A DNA stretch of 64,000 nt from positions 3,195 through 67,194 of the forward strand of contig CAZOXU010000009.1 in assembly GCA_964583975.1 (NCBI GenBank), written 5' to 3'. A program made the position numbers and the translations under genes. The stretch is from an uncultured Planctomycetales bacterium. Lineage in GTDB: Bacteria; Omnitrophota; Gorgyraeia; Zapsychrales; Fredricksoniimonadaceae. Below, one piece after another: positions 55,949-64,000 of the stretch (within the stretch, counting starts at the first letter, position 1; every line of letters starts with the position of its first letter). The notes under the pieces were generated by a model, which was given only the letters and a program-made list of their open reading frames with translations, was not told the DNA's origin and made no database searches.

Positions 55949-57625
55949 ATGGCAGTGTCGATTAATAATAGATCGGTCATAGGGATTGACATTGATGCTA
56001 CTAGCATCAATGTGGTGCAGCGAATCTCTGCCCAAGGTCAAGTTAGGATTACAAAACTTGTCATTGAGAAAATCCTTTTTGAACAAAATAAAACTAAAGA
56101 AGCTGTCATTGTTGAGGCGCTTGCTAGGGCCGTTGCGAAGTTTAAGATTCAGAATTCAGATGTCATTTGTACCATATGCGACCAGAAATTTATCTTAGAT
56201 CACATCACCTTGCCTGTGATGCCCCCCGAAGAGCTTGCTCAGGCTGTTAAATTACAAGCCAGCAATTCTCAACACTACCCCATCGATAATCCTGTTTATG
56301 ATTTTGAAGTTCAAGGACGGATCATGGATAAGGGGGTTGAGAAAAACAATGTAAAATTAGCTGCTCTGGCGAAAATTTCTTTAGACAATTTTATTAATCG
56401 ATTCAAATTGCCTGTCAATGATGTTACCGGACAATTAAGAAAATTATTACGTGTTGATAGCTTGATGGGTTTAAACATTGCTCGTGTGATTCCTCTTTCT
56501 TTAGCAATCGGTAATATTGTTCAGTATTCCAAGAATTCAAAAGTGGTTGCTGTGTTCTATATGGGATCATCTAATGCTGAGTTGAATATCTATCGAGAAA
56601 TGAAGTTAGAATCTTCTAGAAAGATTAATGTTAATGGCAGTGATTTTACCAAGGCTTTAACCGGCGCTTTGTTTTCTGACAGCGGAAAGACAGAATTAAA
56701 CATCGCTGAAGCTGAGAATCTCAAAAAAGAATATGGTATTCCAACTGCTGGAGATAATTTCTTAATTAGAGGAAAGATTACAGCTAATCAGGCGCTGTCA
56801 TTGCTGCGACCTCGAGTAGAACAGTTGAGTCGGGAAATTAGCCGCTCTTTTGATTATTATTATGATCGAAATCAGGTTAAGAAAATAGACGAGATCGTAT
56901 TAATGGGTGAGGCTGCCCATCTTAAGAGATTAAATGAAGTTTTAAATGCTGAACTTGGAATTCCTGTGGTCGTGGGCAATCCTTTAGAAGGGTTGAATGT
57001 TTCTGATGAGGCGGCTTCTCAAATGAATGCAGAGAACATCCAATCTCTTATACCTGCACTGGGCGCATCTTTAGCAGATCCATCCACTGGGATTAATCTT
57101 CTTCCTGCAGATTTAAGGAATGTTGAGAAAAAATTCAAAGAGCGAATTTGGATGGTTTTGACAGGTTTGGCCATTGTAGGCATATCCCTAGCTTTTTGTT
57201 TGGTGTTATTTATGCAATGCCTAATCACTGGGCAGCAGCTTGCTAAATCCAAGAAAGCATATCAAGATACGACCATAAAGATTAAAGATTTGAAAAATAG
57301 ACTTTATCTCGAACGTGATATTAAACATCGTATGAAAATAGGCGCATTTTTAATGAATTTAAGCCATTTGCCTAGCAGGGTGAGCTTAACGCAGTTAAAA
57401 ATGGAAAATGGTAATTTGGAATTATTTGGAATGGTCGGTGCGCAGAGCGCTGATCCTAAAGTGATATTGGATGAATTAGTTCGGGAAATTAGCAAGAATG
57501 CTTTTTATGATGTCAAAGTGGCATCTGTGAAAGGTGATGAATCTAAGGATGAATTCTTAGAGTTTGTCATTAAGGGGAATTACAAAATGGAGAAATACAC
57601 GCATGAAGATCCAGTTCAAAATTGA
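55949..57625 (+). CDS. PilM-PilN fusion protein (actin-like ATPase PilM fused to the bitopic PilN)
   Basis: PilM-like region (residues ~1-375). Then the PilN hallmark INLLPADLR followed by a TM helix and a periplasmic coiled/ferredoxin-like part. Confidence 0.7.
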   Translation: MAVSINNRSVIGIDIDATSINVVQRISAQGQVRITKLVIEKILFEQNKTKEAVIVEALARAVAKFKIQNSDVICTICDQKFILDHITLPVMPPEELAQAVKLQASNSQHYPIDNPVYDFEVQGRIMDKGVEKNNVKLAALAKISLDNFINRFKLPVNDVTGQLRKLLRVDSLMGLNIARVIPLSLAIGNIVQYSKNSKVVAVFYMGSSNAELNIYREMKLESSRKINVNGSDFTKALTGALFSDSGKTELNIAEAENLKKEYGIPTAGDNFLIRGKITANQALSLLRPRVEQLSREISRSFDYYYDRNQVKKIDEIVLMGEAAHLKRLNEVLNAELGIPVVVGNPLEGLNVSDEAASQMNAENIQSLIPALGASLADPSTGINLLPADLRNVEKKFKERIWMVLTGLAIVGISLAFCLVLFMQCLITGQQLAKSKKAYQDTTIKIKDLKNRLYLERDIKHRMKIGAFLMNLSHLPSRVSLTQLKMENGNLELFGMVGAQSADPKVILDELVREISKNAFYDVKVASVKGDESKDEFLEFVIKGNYKMEKYTHEDPVQN

Positions 57626-58121
57626 GGAGTATTTTCCATACCTTATTGTGCTAGGGTTTTTGTTTTTTGTTTTGGTGATTGTTTTTGTTAGCAAACCCAT
57701 GCTCAAAAATATTAAACAAAATAAGGAACAGTCTCAAGAATATATCAAAGAGGCAGCATCTTTAAACAAATTGTCACAGGAAGGTCAAAACAAGTCTGCT
57801 ATTAATTTAATTACTGAACAACAAGGCAGAGAGCTCCAAAGTAAGATCAAGAACATTGCTGTTAAAAACAAGATTTACTTAAGTTTCAAGAATTTGGGTG
57901 TGGTGGGTGAGGTTCAGATGACCTCAGATTTATATAAATTGTTAATGTTCGAAGGTAAGGCTTCAGGAAACTATAAGAATTTTGCTACTTTTTTAACTGA
58001 AATTAGAAACATTTCAGAAGGATTTATTGACGTAGAGAAAATAGCGATTATTGGTGATTCGACAGCGACTTCCAATATTACAGCACAGATAACATTGTCC
58101 ATTTTTATAGCAAACACATGA
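57603..58121 (+). CDS. PilO-like pilus assembly protein (TM plus coiled coil)
   Basis: Position and architecture. I set the start at the MKIQF Met. Confidence 0.5.
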   Translation: MKIQFKIEEYFPYLIVLGFLFFVLVIVFVSKPMLKNIKQNKEQSQEYIKEAASLNKLSQEGQNKSAINLITEQQGRELQSKIKNIAVKNKIYLSFKNLGVVGEVQMTSDLYKLLMFEGKASGNYKNFATFLTEIRNISEGFIDVEKIAIIGDSTATSNITAQITLSIFIANT

Positions 58122-58684
58122 TAAAGATAAACAAAACCCTCATTGTCTATATTGTTTTGATCGTTATTTTTGTTGGTGGTGTGGTGTCTATTTTTTCAAA
58201 TTCTGGTTATAAAAGTGCTCGGGTAACGCCTCCGGGGGCAGATAGAGAATTAAGAGATTTAATGTCAGTTCAGGAGGATGAATTAGATGTTTCATCTAAG
58301 GGGAGTACCAGAAATCCTTTTGTCATCTCCTATGTTAAAGAAGAAAGTGGTTTTAAATTCTTAGGAATATTCTGGGGTTCTGAAACTCCCAGTGTAATTA
58401 TTAATAATAAAGTTTATGGTCTGGGAGATGCGGTTGATGGGATGAAAATTACCGAGATTAAAGATGGAGAGCTTGTCTTAACGGACGAGTCTGGTGCGCA
58501 AAAGATTTTTTCATTGAAAGAGAATGCTCCTGTAACTGAACCTAAGCTTGAGGATAATGCTACTGCACAAGCTGATCAAAAGAATCCTAATCGATTACCA
58601 TTAAATAAAAGAAAACCTAATCAATTGCCTAGGTCTTTAAATCCAGCTGATTTTGTTCCTGCGAATGAATTAGCACCTAAGTAA
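58118..58684 (+). CDS. PilP-like pilus assembly protein (N-terminal TM/anchor plus beta domain)
   Basis: Position after the pilMNO-like genes. Membrane anchor. Low sequence specificity. Confidence 0.4.
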   Translation: MIKINKTLIVYIVLIVIFVGGVVSIFSNSGYKSARVTPPGADRELRDLMSVQEDELDVSSKGSTRNPFVISYVKEESGFKFLGIFWGSETPSVIINNKVYGLGDAVDGMKITEIKDGELVLTDESGAQKIFSLKENAPVTEPKLEDNATAQADQKNPNRLPLNKRKPNQLPRSLNPADFVPANELAPK

Positions 58685-58699
58685 TAATCATAAAATTCT

Positions 58700-59149
58700 A
58701 TGAGAAATAGTTTAGTTTTTATCTGCGTCTTTTTTTTGTTGTTACCAAGTTTAGTTTATGCCAAGAGCCAAAGAGTTCATTTAAGTACGGTTGAAATCGA
58801 ACGGTTAGAGAAATCCAAGCAAGTGCTAGCAGAGGTGGATGAAAAATCGTTGAAACAATCGATCGCAGAGCTAGAACAAGCTGCTAATCCCAGAGTCGCT
58901 TTACTAATTAAAGAAGCTATGGCCAAGACCTATGCTGATATCGTAGTTGAACAAAAAGTGGTAGGCTTAAGCAAAAAGAGATGGCTGTATAGTATGGTGG
59001 CCCTCAATATGGCGTATTTACAGTTTGAAGGCAGTAAAGATTCTGCCGGCAAAACTTCTAATCTTAATAAACTCATTCGTTATAAATTAAAGAAATATCT
59101 TCCTGCTAATATATTTGACCAACCAGGGTTTCATAGTTCCTTAGGCTAA
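58700..59149 (+). CDS. Secreted protein of unknown function, last gene of the pilus operon
   Basis: Signal peptide, ~149 aa, helical. Confidence 0.35.
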   Translation: MRNSLVFICVFFLLLPSLVYAKSQRVHLSTVEIERLEKSKQVLAEVDEKSLKQSIAELEQAANPRVALLIKEAMAKTYADIVVEQKVVGLSKKRWLYSMVALNMAYLQFEGSKDSAGKTSNLNKLIRYKLKKYLPANIFDQPGFHSSLG

Positions 59150-59154
59150 AATTA

Positions 59155-59214
59155 GATCCTTCGGCTACGCCTCAGGATGACAGAAGTAACAAAAATAGGG
59201 AGCTGTCCCTAATT
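59155..59214. repeat. GC-rich intergenic repeat element, copy C, plus a terminator-like hairpin between convergent genes
   Basis: ATCCT-TCGGCTACGCCTC-AGGAT stem-loop, with base pairs covarying relative to copy B. AGGGAGCTGTCCCT hairpin; on the minus strand it is followed by ATTTTTGTT. Confidence 0.5.
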
Positions 59215-60699
59215 TCCAATTAAAGGGGAAGTCTGCAGAGCTTCTAGGAAAACGTCGACAATGTCTTGGTCGATTTCATTTTTCATAGTGCGCAGAATAT
59301 GCATGGCCTCGAGTTTGGTTTTCTTGGCACGGTAAGGGCGTTCAGTGGTAAGGGCATCATAGACATCGGCTACGGTTAGAATACGCACCAGGGGAGAAAT
59401 TTCTTCAGCTTTTAATCTGTCCGGATAACCAGTACCATCTAGTTTCTCATGGTGATGTCGGATAATATCGCATAAAGGCTGTAGCGAATGGACAGGTTTG
59501 ATAATGCTTTCGCCAATTTCAGGATGACGCCGCATAATAATCCATTCCTCAGGGTTTAACTCGCCTTCTTTACGTAGAATTTCATCAGGAATGCCAATTT
59601 TCCCTAAATCATGAAGTTTAGCTGCATCACGCAGGGTGTTTAAATCCTCAGTATCAAGCCCTAGTTTTTTACCAATTAAAGTGACATAATCGGCTACACG
59701 ATCAAGGTGTCCTCGAGAATATCTGTCTTTTGCATCAACAGCTAAAGCCAAAGCCGAAATTGTTTCGAAATAGGTTTTTTCAATATCGTTGTTAAGTTTG
59801 GAGTTCTCCAAAGCAACTGCTGTTTGGGAAGCAAGATTAAAAACTAGATTGATATCATCTTTGGAAAAATCTTCATGATTACCTTCAGCTTTTGTAATGG
59901 TTAAAATGCCATTGGCCTTATCACGATAGACCAAGGGAACGCAAAGGATGGTTTCACCAAAGAGTTTAGAGAGTTGAGGGTTATTTAAGTCTTGTAAGAA
60001 TATTCCAGAGACCGTGGTGGGTTGTTTCTTTTCTAAAGTTTTTAAGAAAGGAGAACCTTGAAAGAGTTTAATGTGTAGCGGGTCATGAATTTGAGGGTCA
60101 TAATCGCTGCCGTAAACGGTATTAATGACAAGGTCTGTTTTCCGATCATTTAAAAGCATAAGTGTAGAAACTTTGCCATTAAGAGCATTGGTCATGGTCT
60201 CAAGAATGAGATTGAGGAAGGTGTCGATCTTTTCCATGTTGGAAATGCCTTGCCCAACTTTCTCCATCACCGATTGCAGTGTTTTTTTAGCTGCTTCTAA
60301 GCTTTTAATATTATCTTCAAGTTGATTAGTGACTACTGAAAAAGAACGGCTCAGTACCGCAATTTCGTTTTCTCCCTGATTTAGCTGTTTCATGGTTTCA
60401 GGTGAAAGGACTTTCTCCAAGGACTTACGATTTTGCTCAGTAATGCTAATGACTTTCTTAAGCATCGCGCGCATGGAGTAATAACCTACAAAAACCCCCA
60501 AAGCCATAAAAAACATGGCTAATCTAAAGTTTTCCTCGGATAAATCAATATGCCCGCTCTTATTGTGTTGAAAATAAATAAAATAGAGTAAGGCCATTGG
60601 AACGATCGAAGCCAAAAGAAAAAGAATCGTAAATTTACGAATGATAGAGGCGTCTTCGAAGGAAGAAATATAAAAGAGTTTTTTGTCGTTTTTGTTCAT
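59209..60699 (-). CDS. HD-GYP c-di-GMP phosphodiesterase with an N-terminal 2-TM sensor region and a GAF domain
   Basis: HD motif (HDLGKIGIP), HHEKLDGTGYP (GYP), GAF-like region (residues 160-300), and two N-terminal TM helices. Confidence 0.75.
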   Translation of the reverse strand: MNKNDKKLFYISSFEDASIIRKFTILFLLASIVPMALLYFIYFQHNKSGHIDLSEENFRLAMFFMALGVFVGYYSMRAMLKKVISITEQNRKSLEKVLSPETMKQLNQGENEIAVLSRSFSVVTNQLEDNIKSLEAAKKTLQSVMEKVGQGISNMEKIDTFLNLILETMTNALNGKVSTLMLLNDRKTDLVINTVYGSDYDPQIHDPLHIKLFQGSPFLKTLEKKQPTTVSGIFLQDLNNPQLSKLFGETILCVPLVYRDKANGILTITKAEGNHEDFSKDDINLVFNLASQTAVALENSKLNNDIEKTYFETISALALAVDAKDRYSRGHLDRVADYVTLIGKKLGLDTEDLNTLRDAAKLHDLGKIGIPDEILRKEGELNPEEWIIMRRHPEIGESIIKPVHSLQPLCDIIRHHHEKLDGTGYPDRLKAEEISPLVRILTVADVYDALTTERPYRAKKTKLEAMHILRTMKNEIDQDIVDVFLEALQTSPLIGN

Positions 60700-60811
60700 A
60701 AGGTTTTGGAATTAGAAGGACAAGTAAAATATAACTTTAATGTTACCTCTTGCAAAGCAAAAACTTGTTTAAATCTTATATTGTTATTGAAAACAATATT
60801 ACCCGGGGGTA

Positions 60812-62500
60812 TTGTTAATAAATATGAACCGACCTTTCGAACCAAAATTAATTACTGTTTTTCGTGAAGGCTATACTTTTCAGTTATTTAAGCAGGATCT
60901 CTTGGCAGGGATTATTGTTGGAATAGTGGCCATTCCCTTATCAATTGCTTTTGCAATAGCTTCTGGCGTGAAACCTGAACAAGGTCTTGTTACCGCAGTC
61001 ATAGCAGGTTTCTTGATTTCATTTTTGAGTGGAAGTCGTTTCCAAATAGGAGGACCAACAGGAGCTTTTATTGTTATTGTTTATGGGATTGTTCAGAAAT
61101 ATGGCTATGACGGTTTGGCTTTGGCCTCCATTATGGCCGGTGTCATGCTTATTATTTTAGGAATTTCCCGTATGGGAGATGTGATTAAGTATATTCCTTA
61201 TCCTGTGACCATTGGATTTACCGCAGGCATTGCGTTAATCATTTTTACAACAGAGATAAAGGATGTTTTGGGGTTGCATTACACAATGCCTGCGGAACAT
61301 TTTGTTGATAAATGGTTGGCCTATATTCTGAGTATTGGAACGTTTAATGTTTATGCTTTTGCTATTGGGGCTTTGACTATTGTTATTGTCTTGTATTGGA
61401 GAAAGGTCACAGATCGCCTGCCAGGCCCTTTGGTGGCCATTTTAACAACAACCCTGCTGGCTCGATGGTTAAATTTGCCTGTTGATACTATTGGTTCTCG
61501 TTTTGGTGAGGTGCCCAATCATTTTGCTCTTCCACATTTTCCTCCTGTGAGTTTGGAATTGTTAATTAAAATGTCGCAACCAGCTTTTGCCATTGCTTTA
61601 TTGGCGGGTATTGAGTCGCTGCTTTCAGCTGTTGTGGCCGATGGGATGACAGGACGGCGTCACCGTTCTAATATGGAGTTAATCGCCCAAGGGGTGGCCA
61701 ATATCATAACACCGATTTTCCAAGGTATCCCCGCTACAGGTGCTATCGCACGCACGGCGACCAATATTAAAAATGGGGGACAGACCCCTATTGCAGGAAT
61801 TATTCACGCCATTACAGTTTTAATTATTTTTTTATTTTTCGGAAAACTGGCTTCCTATATCCCCATGGCCTGTCTGGCTGGTATTTTGATTGTGGTAGCT
61901 TTTAACATGAGTGAATGGCCATTATTTATTGGTTTATTCCGTGGGCCTAAAAGCGATGTGATGGTTTTGTTGATCACCTTTTTCTTGACCGTTCTTATTG
62001 ATTTGGTGGTGGCTATAGAGGTGGGGGTTATTTTAGCTGCTTTTCTTTTTATGCGAAGGATGATCGAAGTTACCCAGGTTAATAATTTGAATGAAGCTTT
62101 GGAGGACGAAAGCGTTTTAGATCCAGAGGCGATCCATAAAGAAGATATTCCTCAGGGTGTAGAAGTTTTTGAAATCAATGGACCGTTCTTTTTTGGAGCT
62201 GCTGATAAATTTGAGGACAATATACGACAGATGAAAAGAAGGCCAAAGGTTTTGATCTTACGCCTGCGGTTTGTTCCGGCCATTGATGCTACAGGGTTAC
62301 ACGCTTTAGAGAATTTATTAAAAAGAACACAAAAGGACAAGGTGGAAGTCATTTTCTCAGGAGTACATGCTCAGCCTTTAAAAACATTAAAAGAAGCAGG
62401 AATTATTGAAAAGTTGGGTGAAGATCATTTTTATTGGGATATCAAGAAGGCTCTTGAGTTTGCTAAAGGGCTTTTAAATAGGTCTGCTTCAAGAATATAA
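60812..62500 (+). CDS. SulP-family anion (sulfate/bicarbonate) permease with a C-terminal STAS domain
   Basis: SulP TM core and STAS (...VLILRLRFVPAIDATGLHALE...). Confidence 0.8.
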   Translation: MLINMNRPFEPKLITVFREGYTFQLFKQDLLAGIIVGIVAIPLSIAFAIASGVKPEQGLVTAVIAGFLISFLSGSRFQIGGPTGAFIVIVYGIVQKYGYDGLALASIMAGVMLIILGISRMGDVIKYIPYPVTIGFTAGIALIIFTTEIKDVLGLHYTMPAEHFVDKWLAYILSIGTFNVYAFAIGALTIVIVLYWRKVTDRLPGPLVAILTTTLLARWLNLPVDTIGSRFGEVPNHFALPHFPPVSLELLIKMSQPAFAIALLAGIESLLSAVVADGMTGRRHRSNMELIAQGVANIITPIFQGIPATGAIARTATNIKNGGQTPIAGIIHAITVLIIFLFFGKLASYIPMACLAGILIVVAFNMSEWPLFIGLFRGPKSDVMVLLITFFLTVLIDLVVAIEVGVILAAFLFMRRMIEVTQVNNLNEALEDESVLDPEAIHKEDIPQGVEVFEINGPFFFGAADKFEDNIRQMKRRPKVLILRLRFVPAIDATGLHALENLLKRTQKDKVEVIFSGVHAQPLKTLKEAGIIEKLGEDHFYWDIKKALEFAKGLLNRSASRI

Positions 62501-62509
62501 GAAATTGTT

Positions 62510-63211
62510 ATGGTTGATTATATAAGAGATATTTTCTCCAGTGGTTCTCTTGGAAAAATTATGATTGCTGTGGCCCTAGCCGGGGCTGTGGCTTCGTTGA
62601 CCTCCTGCACCATTGCTCGATTGCCCGTACTGTTGGGACTTGTCAGTAATAGAGGAAAATCACAACCGCGTGAATTTCATCTGGCCCTGGCTTTCTGTGG
62701 CGGTTTAATTATTACCTATACTATCTTTGGTTTCTTATTTGGTTTAGTGGCCCATTTAGCTTCTGGGCTTATAGGGATTAGTTCGTACCTTTATTTAACT
62801 ATGGGGGTACTTATGCTAATAGGCGGTGCTTTTTTTGCTGGATTGATCCCTCATTCAATCGGATGGTTCAATGCACGCTGTGAGCAGATGGTTAAAGGAG
62901 GCAGGACAGTACCTTCAGCCTTTGGTTTTGGGATTGTTTTTGCTTTTTTAGAGATGCCAGCGTGTGCTTGTTGCGGCTCAGTGATGCTGTTGATTGCCAG
63001 TATGGTTGCTATAAAAGGTTCTCTAATCTTTTCAGGAGTAGTTTTCTTTAGCTTTGCCGTAGGTCAAAGCCTGCCAATTTTAATTTTAGGGTTCTCAGCT
63101 GGTTTGCTTAAAAATGTTATTCCTATAACTCAAAAACTTGAAGGGATAGTAAGTTTTGTAGTTGGAAATATTTTGATGATCACAGGTATCTTTTTAATTT
63201 TAATTTCTTAA
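62510..63211 (+). CDS. Polytopic membrane protein with TM-embedded Cys motifs (DsbD_2/CcdA-like or metal-transport-like)
   Basis: LTSCTIARLP in TM1 and EMPACACCGSV in a later TM. About 6 TM. Confidence 0.4.
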   Translation: MVDYIRDIFSSGSLGKIMIAVALAGAVASLTSCTIARLPVLLGLVSNRGKSQPREFHLALAFCGGLIITYTIFGFLFGLVAHLASGLIGISSYLYLTMGVLMLIGGAFFAGLIPHSIGWFNARCEQMVKGGRTVPSAFGFGIVFAFLEMPACACCGSVMLLIASMVAIKGSLIFSGVVFFSFAVGQSLPILILGFSAGLLKNVIPITQKLEGIVSFVVGNILMITGIFLILIS

Positions 63212-63214
63212 AGT

Positions 63215-63856
63215 ATGACATCTAAAAAACACCCCCATGAATGCTGTCAACACGATGATCACTGCCATGATCATCCTCAAATGAGTCTGCCTACACGATG
63301 GTTGATAAGCTTGGTAATTATTGTCGTTGCCTTGATTTTCTTACGAAGTTTCATTTTAGAACAAATGTTTGTCCGCGTTACTTCCTATGCCTCGTATAAT
63401 TCCTCTGATGAAGTGATTCGTCTGTGTAAGAAGATAATCTTTGTTGATAAAGGCAATATACAAGCATGGACATCTTTAGGTTATGCGTATCTGGATAAGA
63501 AAGATATGAATGCGGCCATGGGGGCCTTTAATCAAGTTGTTGTATTAAATCCACAGGATAGAGGAGCTGCTACCTTTGAACTGGCCAAGATTTATTTTTA
63601 CAAGGATGATTTTGCTAAGGCCAGATTTTATTTTGAATCAATCAGATCTTCGAGCGTTCGCGCAGGGGCATTATTAGATGCTGATATTTTGAAATATCGC
63701 CATGGGGCTGCTAGTTTTCGCAGTTTAAATAGCATGCAGAATTTGCTTGGCATGTTAATGGAGTGTTACGAGCAACTTGGAGATAAACTCAATGCCCAAG
63801 AAGTTAAAAAAGAGTATGAATTGTACAAAGCCAAAGGCCCCCGAAAGTTCTTTTAG
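63215..63856 (+). CDS. TPR-repeat protein with an N-terminal His/Cys-rich metal-binding motif and one TM helix
   Basis: HPHECCQHDDHCHDHPQ, then a TM helix, then TPR-like repeats. Confidence 0.45.
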   Translation: MTSKKHPHECCQHDDHCHDHPQMSLPTRWLISLVIIVVALIFLRSFILEQMFVRVTSYASYNSSDEVIRLCKKIIFVDKGNIQAWTSLGYAYLDKKDMNAAMGAFNQVVVLNPQDRGAATFELAKIYFYKDDFAKARFYFESIRSSSVRAGALLDADILKYRHGAASFRSLNSMQNLLGMLMECYEQLGDKLNAQEVKKEYELYKAKGPRKFF

Positions 63857-63923
63857 TAGTTCGTATAAAAAATATATTTGACATTTGTTTTTTTTAAGCT
63901 ATAAATAGAAACCATTTTTATTT

Positions 63924-64000
63924 ATGAACACAACCCATATTGCCAAACTCAAATCACAGAAATTAAAACTGACGCCTAAACGCAAGGCGATCTTGGATTG
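63924..64000 (+). CDS. Fur-family transcriptional regulator, 3' partial (runs off the window)
   Basis: MNTTHIAKLKSQKLKLTPKRKAILD resembles the Fur N-terminus (LKKAGLKVTLPRLKILE). Promoter TTGACA-16-TATAAA at 63878-63905. Confidence 0.4.
   Translation, partial: MNTTHIAKLKSQKLKLTPKRKAILD

Noticed and set aside
1-64000. CRISPR arrays, transposases/integrases, prophage genes, rRNA and tRNA genes
   Set aside because: No regularly spaced direct repeats, no transposase, recombinase or phage structural homologs, and no tRNA cloverleaf or rRNA-like conserved blocks were seen. Intergenic regions are short and account for by promoters, terminators and the small repeats described.

Overview
This is an AT-rich (~40% GC) bacterial chromosomal window, densely packed with genes mostly on the + strand. 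The gene content points to a diderm organism: system II cytochrome c biogenesis, LpxD-like acyltransferase, an RND/OMF efflux pump, a secretin, and periplasmic Dsb/Msr proteins. Several eukaryote-like or giant fusion proteins suggest a host-associated or candidate-lineage bacterium; I cannot assign a taxon from sequence alone.

Content, in order:
- A 5'-truncated giant protein whose C-terminus is a eukaryote-type GDP-L-galactose/GDP-hexose phosphorylase (VTC2-like HIT) domain.
- A lipoprotein, then ccsB and ccsA. ccsA is split by an in-frame TAA directly followed by ATG.
- An esterase, then a dedicated lipid operon: KAS II, ACP, HAD phosphatase, class-III aminotransferase and an LpxD-like acyltransferase.
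- A DbpA-like DEAD-box helicase.
- A PAS histidine kinase flanked by two response regulators (FixLJ-like).
- An osmotic/general-stress cluster: lipoprotein, an entericidin-like ORF and a DUF1328 ORF (both absent from the ORF track), and two BON-domain proteins.
- ogt; a CSD-protein and infA pair behind a long leader; the ABC-F protein Uup.
- An island of TerB-like, CxxCxxCC, an N-terminally truncated Rho-like ATPase, and a CPXCG protein.
- A 1428-aa signal-peptide protein that embeds a complete pyruvate dehydrogenase E1 (AceE-type) TPP domain.
- An RhlE-like helicase; convergent pilT/pilU motor ATPases; an Fe-S Rrf2 regulator upstream of an RND tripartite pump.
- An ECF sigma/anti-sigma pair beside a YHS/Met-rich protein, DsbD, MsrB and MsrA.
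- A contiguous type IV pilus operon: pilQ, a response regulator, pilB, pilC, two tandem near-identical pilins, minor pilins, a PilM-PilN fusion, and PilO/PilP-like genes.
- An HD-GYP/GAF phosphodiesterase, a SulP transporter, a Cys-motif membrane protein, a His/Cys-rich TPR protein, and the start of a Fur-like gene.

The most unusual item is a 745-aa prepilin-like protein (52501-54738) that combines a LamG domain, tandem Cys-rich modules and a C-terminal Hint (intein/hedgehog-type) autoprocessing domain.

Non-coding signals:
- A GC-rich repeat family at three intergenic loci, showing stem covariation.
- A conserved 26-nt motif upstream of two stress operons.
- A palindromic operator overlapping the promoter of the secreted E1 fusion.

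No tRNA, rRNA, CRISPR array or transposase was found.
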